Shown here: piece after piece, positions 9,031 through 16,665 of the stretch
Numbering within the stretch: the first letter of the stretch is position 1
How the letters are laid out: each line of letters opens with the position of its first letter
NCBI GenBank assembly: GCA_963801165.1
Contig: CAWDDT010000004.1
Location: forward strand, 64,001 to 128,000
Direction of reading: 5' to 3'
Length of the DNA: 64,000 nt
From: an uncultured bacterium
GTDB lineage: Bacteria; Actinomycetota; Acidimicrobiia; Spongiisociales; UBA5794
Notes under the pieces: model-generated
Database searches by the model: none
What the model saw: only the letters and a program-made list of their open reading frames with translations
What the model was told of the DNA's origin: nothing
Position numbers and translations under genes: made by a program

Positions 9031-10155
9031 TCACACCCTTACCTCGAAGCTGTTGGTCCAGGTGAGCAGTTCGTCGGAGAGCGAGCGGAGCACGACCGCT
9101 GATTCTGGGTCTGTGTCATCGGCAGCATCGATCACCTGATGCATCCGCTTGGCCATACGGGCAAGCCGGGAGGTGAATGCCTTGATAGCAGTGGGCTTGT
9201 CGTATGGACCCGGACCCAGTGGTTCATAATTCAAGTCCTGATAGACAGTGTTGAGGCGACCGTCGGGAGCGACTCCCAGAGTACGCATCCGCGCCGCAAT
9301 TGCGTCACAACCTGCTCTGACGAGTGCGTCGAAGTCGTCTAGCTGCTCGCGCAGTGTCTCGGCATCGTCATCGACGTTCCAGCGCAAATGCTGGATTTGG
9401 AGAGTGAGATCAACCAGATCACCGAGTACCCGCTGTAGCCCGTGTCCGTCGCCGGCGGCAGCCGCACGGTCGTCCGATCCGTTGCTGCCGGCCTGGCTGT
9501 CGTTGTTCCGCTGGTACCTGTCTCTGTCGAACGGCGGCAGTGCGCCAACCGTGGTTGGATCCACACTCAGGTGGACGCCGCCGTCGCCGATGCGTTGTAC
9601 AAAGGTGATCGGTACAGCGCGTTCTGGTGCGGGCACGTCGTAGTTGATGACGAGGTGCGTCGCCCGGCCATCTTCATTGGTGATGACCTCGCTGATCGTC
9701 CCGATCTGGTCACGATCCTTCGAAAAGACAGGCGACTCCGGCTCCAGAGCCACCGCACGCTCCGGAATGTTTCGAGCCGTCACGGTCCTCGTGTATGGCA
9801 ATTCAGGCGGCAGTGGAGCCCCATAAGGGCCGTACCACGCGAGCGACGGAATGGTCGGGTTCGGGGTTGGTGTACCCGAAGCGTCCGTAGCGCCGGATGG
9901 GTTGACCGCCACATATCGGCTCTCGTCAAAGGGCCGGTACTCATCGGGTCTGGCGCTGTCCTTGAGTTCGACGCGCTCCTTGGTGGCTGTGGCGATGTCG
10001 GAGACGGGGACGATCTTCTCCTCAGGCAGGAAGATGCCCTTGCGTACCACCAATTGTGTGACCTCGTCTGCCACCGGATCGATGATGATGCGATCGATCT
10101 TGCCCAGGTCGTCATTGCGGGCGGTATAGACGCGTGCGTTCTCATTGAATTCCAT
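9031..10155 (-). CDS. Two PRC-barrel domains fused to a C-terminal Dps/ferritin-like domain
   Basis: VYT..NDDLGKIDRIIIDP..VTQLVV and VFS.D.DQIGTISEV..ATHLVI (PRC barrels). LQRVLGDLVDL..HLRWNV..LDD..DAIAARMRTLGVAPDG is Dps-like. ATG 10155 with GAAAGGAG RBS. Confidence 0.8.
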   Translation of the reverse strand: MEFNENARVYTARNDDLGKIDRIIIDPVADEVTQLVVRKGIFLPEEKIVPVSDIATATKERVELKDSARPDEYRPFDESRYVAVNPSGATDASGTPTPNPTIPSLAWYGPYGAPLPPELPYTRTVTARNIPERAVALEPESPVFSKDRDQIGTISEVITNEDGRATHLVINYDVPAPERAVPITFVQRIGDGGVHLSVDPTTVGALPPFDRDRYQRNNDSQAGSNGSDDRAAAAGDGHGLQRVLGDLVDLTLQIQHLRWNVDDDAETLREQLDDFDALVRAGCDAIAARMRTLGVAPDGRLNTVYQDLNYEPLGPGPYDKPTAIKAFTSRLARMAKRMHQVIDAADDTDPESAVVLRSLSDELLTWTNSFEVRV

Positions 10156-10185
10156 GGATCTCCTTTCTCGTTCCATGCCGGAGAC

Positions 10186-10212
10186 CTACCCGTTTGAGCC
10201 GTGATGCAAACC
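10186..10212 (-). promoter_or_regulatory. SigB/SigF-type promoter GGTTT-N16-GGGTAG for the PRC-Dps gene
   Basis: AAACC at 10208-10212 and CTACCC at 10186-10191 with a 16-nt spacer; close match to mycobacterial SigF consensus GGWWT-N16-17-GGGTAY. Confidence 0.75.
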
Positions 10213-10229
10213 CGGACAGGATCACACCA

Positions 10230-10256
10230 GGTTTGGAAAGGAGCCACAGCGGGCAC
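10230..10256 (+). promoter_or_regulatory. SigB/SigF-type promoter GGTTT-N16-GGGCAC for the small membrane protein
   Basis: GGTTT 10230-10234, GGGCAC 10251-10256, 16-nt spacer; divergent from the previous promoter. Confidence 0.65.
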
Positions 10257-10292
10257 TTCTGCGCGAGTCGAGCAACAGAGGGGGCCAACACC

Positions 10293-10487
10293 ATGAAGGC
10301 CGTATCCGCCATCGTCGTCGCCGCAATCGTCACAGTTGTCGCAGTTCTGATCTTCGCGCGTCGTGGACGCGAGGTCCCAGGTGAGTTCGCGCCAAAGCAT
10401 GAGCAAAGGACCCAGGACGGCGGCTCGGTTGTCGAAGAGTGGGGTGAAGAGTCATTCCCCGCCAGCGACGCACCGCAGTCCTGGTAG
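10293..10487 (+). CDS. Small single-pass membrane protein (64 aa) ending in ESFPASDAPQSW
   Basis: GAGGGGG RBS, N-terminal TM helix and a C-terminal SFPASDxP motif. Confidence 0.75.
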   Translation: MKAVSAIVVAAIVTVVAVLIFARRGREVPGEFAPKHEQRTQDGGSVVEEWGEESFPASDAPQSW

Positions 10488-10491
10488 CCGA

Positions 10492-11775
10492 TCAGGCCTT
10501 CTCCACCTCGGGCAAGCCCCTGGCGGCAAACGCTCCAGCGACGCCCGCCAATGCAAGGCCGCCCAGGGTCAACTGGCTACCCAAGACGCCGGTCAGAGTC
10601 GAGATCGCACCGGTGCCAAGCAGCACAACGCCGATGACTGTGTTGGATGCAGCTACATAGTTGGTGCGCTGGTCGCCTGTGCCCATGTCTACAACGTACG
10701 TCTTTCTCCCCATACGTGCGCCCGCGTGGGCCACCGCGAGCAGAAAGTAGATGGTGACCGTCAACCAGAGTGGGTCGCCGACCAGCTGGCGGGCAAAAAG
10801 AAACACAAATACGATCACCCCTCCACCCAGCGCCGCAGCCGCCATCACTGAGCGACTGGAGTGATCGCTGAGTCGACCCCACCCCGGTGAGCCGAGGAAC
10901 GAAGCGGTCCCTGCGGCAATTACAAACGGGCCGAGGCCGCGCAGAGTGGCGGAAGTTGAGGCGGCCAACGCGATAACCAGAGGAGGGCTGAGCGCAGTGA
11001 CCAGGAGCAGTGATCTCGCCGCAATGAATCTTCGGAAATGCGGATCACGTCTGAGCATCGAGACGATTGGTTCGGCCCCAATGGTGTCATCGTGGCTCGA
11101 TCGATTCTCCTCAATCGTCGCAAACACCCCACCGGCGGCCACCCAGAGAGCGGCGGCCCCTGCGACGATGGCCACCAGCAATGTCGACTCGGTCTTACCG
11201 CCGAGCAGAGCGACTGCACCGCCGGCCGCTATGGCAATCACCCCGGATATCGCGGCTGCGATGCCGGTGATCGATCCACGTTGCCCTTTGGGAATCGTCT
11301 TGCCGATCACATCCTTGGCGGATATGGAAGAGAGTGACCTCGATATGGCAAACATGGCGAGCGAGAGCAGCATCGCTGCGGCAGCGACTGCGCCAGACCA
11401 CAGGGTTGCGCTGGCTGCTATGGCCAGCACGGCAATCGCCTGCCCGACGCTGCCGACGATCCAGACATATTTCCGCAGAGCGAACCGCCGCACCCAGCGG
11501 ACCAGCAACGCCTGAGGCAGCAGCGACCCGGCTTCGCGGATGGGGACCAACAGGGTGGTGCCAAACGACGGGGCACCGACCGCGTGCATCAGCCACGGAA
11601 GGGTGGTCTTTGGGTCGACAACGCGATCGCCCAGTTTGGTGAGTGTGAAGGCACCGATGAGCCTGGCGGCGTTCTCGGGAACCTCGTGGCACGCGTCGTC
11701 GGGCAGATCCGGGCACCCATCATCTTCGGTGTCATCAACGGCAAGCGAGTAGAGACGGGTGGCGGCTTGGGACAT
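10492..11775 (-). CDS. MFS-type transporter
   Basis: About 12 hydrophobic segments; motifs LLVPIREAGSLLPQ, KDVIGKTIPKGQRG, WGRLSDHSSR, GRKTYVVD. Confidence 0.85.
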   Translation of the reverse strand: MSQAATRLYSLAVDDTEDDGCPDLPDDACHEVPENAARLIGAFTLTKLGDRVVDPKTTLPWLMHAVGAPSFGTTLLVPIREAGSLLPQALLVRWVRRFALRKYVWIVGSVGQAIAVLAIAASATLWSGAVAAAAMLLSLAMFAISRSLSSISAKDVIGKTIPKGQRGSITGIAAAISGVIAIAAGGAVALLGGKTESTLLVAIVAGAAALWVAAGGVFATIEENRSSHDDTIGAEPIVSMLRRDPHFRRFIAARSLLLVTALSPPLVIALAASTSATLRGLGPFVIAAGTASFLGSPGWGRLSDHSSRSVMAAAALGGGVIVFVFLFARQLVGDPLWLTVTIYFLLAVAHAGARMGRKTYVVDMGTGDQRTNYVAASNTVIGVVLLGTGAISTLTGVLGSQLTLGGLALAGVAGAFAARGLPEVEKA

Positions 11776-11784
11776 GTATCGGCC

Positions 11785-12117
11785 TCAACTCCGGGCGGCC
11801 ATCATCGAGGCGTCGAACGGCTCAATCATGATGCACTCACCCGGGCATTCCTCGGCGGCCTCAACGGCAACTTCGATCTGATTATCCGGGATCCTGGCCA
11901 CACCCCTGGCGCCGTCGGGCCCATGGCCATCTCCGTCGGCTCCGTCGAAGACGATTGTTTCTCCGAAATTGCTCGACTCTTCCTTGACCACCCACAGGCC
12001 GTCATCCCGCCCCATGAATACGTCGGGGCAGATCTCTTCGCAGATGCCGTCTCCGGTGCACAGATCTTGATCGATCCACACCATCAGTTGGGTCCCGTCA
12101 GCCATCGTCTTTGTCAC
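11785..12117 (-). CDS. Actinobacterial single-cluster ferredoxin (C-x2-D-x2-C ... CP)
   Basis: VWIDQDLCTGDGICEEICPDVF ... AAEECPGECI; 4-bp overlap with the upstream gene. Confidence 0.9.
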   Translation of the reverse strand: MTKTMADGTQLMVWIDQDLCTGDGICEEICPDVFMGRDDGLWVVKEESSNFGETIVFDGADGDGHGPDGARGVARIPDNQIEVAVEAAEECPGECIMIEPFDASMMAARS

Positions 12118-12530
12118 GCTCCCTGTGAGTCGGCGGTGGAGCGGAGTGTCCTTATCCGCCGCGCTTCTGCGCTCGTCTTCTCGAGCAGATCGATGCCGTG
12201 GTTGAAGGACCGGGCGTCGCGGCCGTGCTTGATGTAGGTCAAGCCTTCGACCTGCCGGATGGAACGTGCGGTTCGTCCCAAGCGCTTTGCGATCCTCGAG
12301 TAGGTCTCGCCCCTCGAGCGGAGTGCGATAACACGCCGCTCAATCGGGCGTGGACCGGGCCGGTGCCGTCGACCGTTCCGCTCGAGCTTCATCCATTTGA
12401 GCATGCGCCGCACGAGACCCGGGCTTTTCTGTATCCGATCGGCGATTTCGGTGATCCCATCGCCCTTGTCACGCATCTGGCGCACGACCCGCTCGATCGG
12501 GCGCAGCTTCTGTGTCGGTACCTGCTTCAT
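12114..12530 (-). CDS. Basic protein with two tandem HTH-like repeats
   Basis: LRPIERVVRQMRDKGDGITEIADRIQKS / PRPIERRVIALRSRGETYSRIAKRLGRT. ATG 12530 with AGAGGA RBS; the ORF track extends it to 12716. Confidence 0.75.
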   Translation of the reverse strand: MKQVPTQKLRPIERVVRQMRDKGDGITEIADRIQKSPGLVRRMLKWMKLERNGRRHRPGPRPIERRVIALRSRGETYSRIAKRLGRTARSIRQVEGLTYIKHGRDARSFNHGIDLLEKTSAEARRIRTLRSTADSQGA

Positions 12531-12730
12531 ATCAGTTCGTTCCTCTCTTCTCGTTCCGTTGGCATTACCTTCTGCGCCACCTTCTGCCTCACCTTCTGCG
12601 GCGGGCCGCCAGATCGAGGTATCTTCCTCGACCTTCTCGATCAGGAACGCCGGTGCCGCAACCATGGAGTGTCTGTGCGGCCCGGGCTGTGCAACGCGCC
12701 GGTGCAACGCCTTCACCGTTGCCCGTAGGT

Positions 12731-12762
12731 TTCATGTGTAGAAACGTTCATGTGTAGAAACG
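12731..12762. repeat. Perfect 16-bp tandem repeat (TTCATGTGTAGAAACG)x2
   Basis: Read directly from the sequence. Confidence 0.9.
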
Positions 12763-12815
12763 GTTGTGTAAGCCACTGATACCCCACTCGTATGCTCGTT
12801 CAGGGTGTCCTTGCC

Positions 12816-12842
12816 ATACCCGGCGCGGTGGTGCACCAAACC
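12816..12842 (-). promoter_or_regulatory. SigB/SigF-type promoter GGTTT-N16-GGGTAT for the HTH-ferredoxin-MFS operon
   Basis: AAACC 12838-12842 and ATACCC 12816-12821, 16-nt spacer; perfect consensus. Confidence 0.78.
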
Positions 12843-12865
12843 CATGAACGGCCAAACCCATGAAC
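12836..12865. repeat. Direct repeat CCAAACCCATGAAC x2 (16-bp period)
   Basis: Copies at 12836-12849 and 12852-12865. Confidence 0.85.
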
Positions 12866-12881
12866 CTTTGTTGCAGAAGTT

Positions 12882-12908
12882 GGTTTCAAGTTCTGTCTCG
12901 AGGGGTAT
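12882..12908 (+). promoter_or_regulatory. SigB/SigF-type promoter GGTTT-N16-GGGTAT for the RsbW-like gene
   Basis: GGTTT 12882-12886, GGGTAT 12903-12908; perfect consensus. Confidence 0.78.
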
Positions 12909-12982
12909 CGACCGTGAGAGCTGTAAGTGCGAGCCAGTGTGAATCCGAATCTGCAGTTAGGCTCGGTCTGGCTGAGGTACGC

Positions 12983-13354
12983 ATGCAAGTGAGCGAGGCA
13001 AAATTCCCGGCGGACGCTGCTGCGCCCGCTGCGGCGCGTCGGTTTGTACGCGAGGCAGGGATTGTGCCCGAGGACCGTGTCGAGGATGTCGTGCTTCTGG
13101 TCAGCGAGCTAGCGACCAACGCCGTAAAGCACGGGCCGGATCAAGCTGAGATGATCCGGGTTCGGATCACGAAATTGGCCGACTCGGTCCGCGTAGCGGT
13201 TGAAGATCCCGGCTCGGGCTTTGATGACCCAACACCAGCGCCGAGACGCCCGGGTTCGGGAATGGGTCTCTACCTGGTCCATGAACTTTCCAGCAAGTGG
13301 GGTATCGAAGGAGATGGTCAGACGGTGGTCTGGTTCGAGATCGCCGGTGGTTAG
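12983..13354 (+). CDS. RsbW-like anti-sigma factor / serine kinase (HATPase_c_2)
   Basis: AARRFVR, N-box SELATNAVKHG, G1 EDPGSGF, G2 GMGLYLV, WG..TVVWFE. Confidence 0.9.
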   Translation: MQVSEAKFPADAAAPAAARRFVREAGIVPEDRVEDVVLLVSELATNAVKHGPDQAEMIRVRITKLADSVRVAVEDPGSGFDDPTPAPRRPGSGMGLYLVHELSSKWGIEGDGQTVVWFEIAGG

Positions 13355-13357
13355 CGG

Positions 13358-14440
13358 CTAGTCGGATCCCTGTATCCACTTTCGGAGCGACTCAACCGAT
13401 CGTGCCAGGAGCCGTGACACGTGCATCTGCGAGATCCCGACTCGCTCCGCTATCTCGGCCTGGCTGAGGTCTTCGTAGAACCGAAGATATAGGATCCTCT
13501 GCTCCCGCTCTGGGAGTTGATCCATAACCAACGACAGATCGGACCACTCTGGTGCCATGTCGAGGCGTGCGTCGTGGGATGGCAAGACGTCGCGGAGGGC
13601 ACGCGCATCCTCGTCGCCTCTCGGGGCATCGAGTGAGGTCGCGGAGAACGACTTGCGTGCCAGGAGCGCCTGGCCCACTTCACCGGGGTCGGCGTCGATA
13701 TGCTCGGCAAGCTCGTCGAGAGTGGGCTCGCGCCCCTCAGATTGCTCCAGTTGCTCGGCGGCGAGTTTGGCCTCGAGGCCGAGCTCCTGCAAGCTGCGGG
13801 GAACCCTTAGTGACCAGCCCGAGTCACGCAAGTACCGTTTCAGCTCACCGTTGATGGTACGGGCCGCAAAGGTTGTGAACCTGACTCCCCGGTCGGGGTC
13901 GAAGCGGTCGATCGCCTTGATCAGGCCTACTGCGGCTACCTGCCCCAGCTCGTCCCGCTTCAGGCTCGGCCCGGCGAATCTGCGTGCCAGGGAGTAGGCA
14001 AACGACTCGTAGCGACGTATCAGCTCGGCTCGTGCCGGAGTATCCCCCGAGGAAGCCCTGGCAAATAGATCTGATTCCCCGGTGCCTGCAGTGAATGTGT
14101 AAGGGTGATCGAGGGTGAATACTGCTTGGCCGGGCTCGACGAACCAGGTGGATGCCAATGTCTCCAACAGTTCCTCGGCGAGGGGGTCGAGCGACTCCGC
14201 GATGCCATCGCTGCTGGCGGCTACGCGGATCCCGGTGCCGTTGCGCACCACCTCCAGGGTTACCGGAGCGTCGACGTCGATGGCCACCGCCATAACCAGC
14301 TCGTTGACGAGGACCATCAAATCCGAGCGGTCCCTGGCGCGCAGATCCCCAACCATGTCTCTGAGGGCGCGTCGGGCGGCGCGTGCGGCGCTTGCAGTAG
14401 GGAGCTCGAAGCGAGCGGTGTGCTCTCCTCCTCCGGTCAC
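13358..14440 (-). CDS. SigB/SigF family RNA polymerase sigma factor with an N-terminal degenerate RsbW-like domain
   Basis: Sigma core: QVAAVGLIKAIDRFDPDRGVRFTTFA..ELKRYLRD..LRVPR, RFYEDLSQAEIAERVGISQMHVSRLL. The N-terminal ~110 aa (SAARAARRALR..LVNELV..LETLASTW) are RsbW-like. Confidence 0.88.
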   Translation of the reverse strand: MTGGGEHTARFELPTASAARAARRALRDMVGDLRARDRSDLMVLVNELVMAVAIDVDAPVTLEVVRNGTGIRVAASSDGIAESLDPLAEELLETLASTWFVEPGQAVFTLDHPYTFTAGTGESDLFARASSGDTPARAELIRRYESFAYSLARRFAGPSLKRDELGQVAAVGLIKAIDRFDPDRGVRFTTFAARTINGELKRYLRDSGWSLRVPRSLQELGLEAKLAAEQLEQSEGREPTLDELAEHIDADPGEVGQALLARKSFSATSLDAPRGDEDARALRDVLPSHDARLDMAPEWSDLSLVMDQLPEREQRILYLRFYEDLSQAEIAERVGISQMHVSRLLARSVESLRKWIQGSD

Positions 14441-14763
14441 GCCGAATCGGAGAGGGCCGAGAAATCGTCGACAACGGCGAACACCTGGGCCATGTCTGTG
14501 AGGCTCAACAGCCGTTGTACCACCGCGCTGGGGGAGATCAGAGCAACAGGTTCGGCCGTCTGGTTGAGCTGGAACAGCGCACGTAAGCCGCTCGAGTCGA
14601 TGAATCGGACGCCGGAGAGGTCTATCGCTAGATTCCCGTCGACCTCGGCGCTGGATTCGAGGAGGCGGGGCGCGGTGGCCATGTCGAGATCCCCGCTGAC
14701 AGAGACCCTCGTCCAGATACCGTGCTTGTCTACGGCAATGTCGATTGGCAGCTCTTCTGGCAT
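14437..14763 (-). CDS. STAS domain anti-sigma factor antagonist (RsbV-like)
   Basis: VSGDLDMATAPRL, IDLSGVRFIDSSGL (phosphorylatable Ser), VQRLLSLT. Confidence 0.9.
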   Translation of the reverse strand: MPEELPIDIAVDKHGIWTRVSVSGDLDMATAPRLLESSAEVDGNLAIDLSGVRFIDSSGLRALFQLNQTAEPVALISPSAVVQRLLSLTDMAQVFAVVDDFSALSDSA

Positions 14764-14942
14764 ATGGGCGAGGCTCCAGTCGGCGACCGAGGGATACATG
14801 GGCGCGTCGCTTGGAGGTCCGGGCACCCTCTGCGCAATGCGCCCGCTGAGTATAGAAGGACTGGCCTCAGTCCGATCGACGCGGCGCGACCATGCTGGGC
14901 CGGTTTCGAAACAGAAGTGGGGCCGTGCAGATAGGATTGGTC

Positions 14943-16544
14943 ATGTCGGTGGTTGTAGAGATAGGGAATGCGATAACTCGGCAAGCGTTTTCACACCTAG
15001 AGGTGCGTTACGAGTCGCTTCGTGCGCTCGCCATCGATCTGGCCGCGGCAACATCGGTTGACGAAGTCACGGCGGCGATTGCATCAACGGCGGCAAGAGC
15101 ACTTGATGCGCTTGTGTGTGGCGTTCTGGTGGTGCGCCAGGGCGTCGACGGTGTCCATTCGGTGATCAAGGAAGCCGATCGCGATCTGAAGGCAGTTCTG
15201 GATGCCTGCCCGGGGCTACTGGACTCGATGTGGAAAGCGGTCGACCAGGAGATGCCCGCGCGACTCGACCTCGATGTGTGCGAAACCGCACGCGTCGGGT
15301 CGGCCGAGGTGTACCCGATCCCACTGGAGCCGCGCCGTGTGGCAGTTTTGGTGCTGGCCTGGAGCGGGCGCGCCCTTTCCTCATCCGACATTGGAGCTGT
15401 TGTCGGGTTGTGCCGGGCCGCACTAGTCCGGGCCTGGGCCACCCGCCGGGTTCGTGAACTGTCCCCCATCATGGATGCGCTCTTCGAACAAGCGGCGATC
15501 GGATTGGCGTTCCTGGACACTGATTTGCGCTATCAACATGTGAACCACCGTCTCGCTGCTATCCACCAGCGGCCGGTCTCGGAGCATCTCGGCCGGACGC
15601 TGCGGGAGATGACGCCCCACATGGCAGACACCGTTGAGCCCTTGTTGCGCAAGGTGATCGAAACTGGTGAAGCTACCGGCAAGGTCGAAGTGACGGGCCC
15701 GGCGCCGGACGGGAATGGCTCGGCGATCTTCGAAGTCGCCTACCTGCCCGTTGAGGTCGACGGTGAGGTTGTTGGCGTTGCCGCTGTTGTCGATGATGTC
15801 ACCGAGGACCGGTTGCGGCTCGAGGACCTGCGGCACCGCTATGAGTTCGAGCGAGACGTCGCTGCCCGGCTGCAACGCGGGCTGACCCCACGTGACTTGC
15901 ACCAGCCGGAGGGCTACGAGGTGGCGACCAGTTATGCGGTCGGCTCTGCGGGCCTTGGGATCGGTGGAGACTGGTACGACGTCATCGAGCTCCGCGACGG
16001 GTGTGTGGCTTTTGTCATGGGGGATGTTGTCGGGCACGGTCTCGACTCGGCGCTGGCCATGGTGAGGCTCCGGCACACGCTGGCCGGTCTCGCCCATTCC
16101 GGGCTCGATCCAGTCGAGGTCCTCGGCAAGCTCGACGAATATGCTACCGACACCGGTGATCAGTTCGTAGCCACCCTTGTGTATGGCTTGCTCGAGCCGG
16201 AAGGGGGTGGGATCACGTTGAGCTCGGCGGGTCACCTACCCCCATTGCTGATCACCACGGCGCACGTCGACCCTATCCACGCCGCGGGCACGCCGGTCGG
16301 GGTGACGGCAGGAAAGCGCACCCCGACTAACTTCTCGATGGATCACGGAGACACGCTCCTGCTATACACCGACGGGGTGATCGAAGAGCGTGGAGAGTCG
16401 GTGGCGATAGGTCTGCAACGACTCATGGATCTGGCTAGTAAGCCGTTCTCGTCGGCCCAGGAGTTGGCGGACAGGATCTCTGCCGAGGCGGCCCGACACA
16501 ACAACTCGGATGACGCCGCCGTAATGGTGCTGCGCCGATTCTGA
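14943..16544 (+). CDS. SpoIIE/RsbU-like PP2C phosphatase with GAF-like and PAS domains
   Basis: PAS: FEQAAIGLAFLDTDLRYQHVN. PP2C: GGDWYD, GDVVGHG, SAGHLPP, YTDG, DDAA. Start uncertain (14892 or 14943). Confidence 0.9.
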   Translation: MSVVVEIGNAITRQAFSHLEVRYESLRALAIDLAAATSVDEVTAAIASTAARALDALVCGVLVVRQGVDGVHSVIKEADRDLKAVLDACPGLLDSMWKAVDQEMPARLDLDVCETARVGSAEVYPIPLEPRRVAVLVLAWSGRALSSSDIGAVVGLCRAALVRAWATRRVRELSPIMDALFEQAAIGLAFLDTDLRYQHVNHRLAAIHQRPVSEHLGRTLREMTPHMADTVEPLLRKVIETGEATGKVEVTGPAPDGNGSAIFEVAYLPVEVDGEVVGVAAVVDDVTEDRLRLEDLRHRYEFERDVAARLQRGLTPRDLHQPEGYEVATSYAVGSAGLGIGGDWYDVIELRDGCVAFVMGDVVGHGLDSALAMVRLRHTLAGLAHSGLDPVEVLGKLDEYATDTGDQFVATLVYGLLEPEGGGITLSSAGHLPPLLITTAHVDPIHAAGTPVGVTAGKRTPTNFSMDHGDTLLLYTDGVIEERGESVAIGLQRLMDLASKPFSSAQELADRISAEAARHNNSDDAAVMVLRRF

Positions 16545-16665
16545 CGATCCTCGATAGCGCGACCGATTCCAGTCGGTTCGGCGGACTACAACACGGGCTA
16601 GGACGGTTCGACGCTGATCTGTAATCTCGGGATGGATCAGTGTCGAAGAGCACGAAGGAGTTGCC

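Noticed and set aside
14902-14925. A further SigF-type promoter before the PP2C gene (also GGGTAT at 12779-12784 on the minus strand)
   Set aside because: Only one half-site matches at the 16-17 nt spacing.
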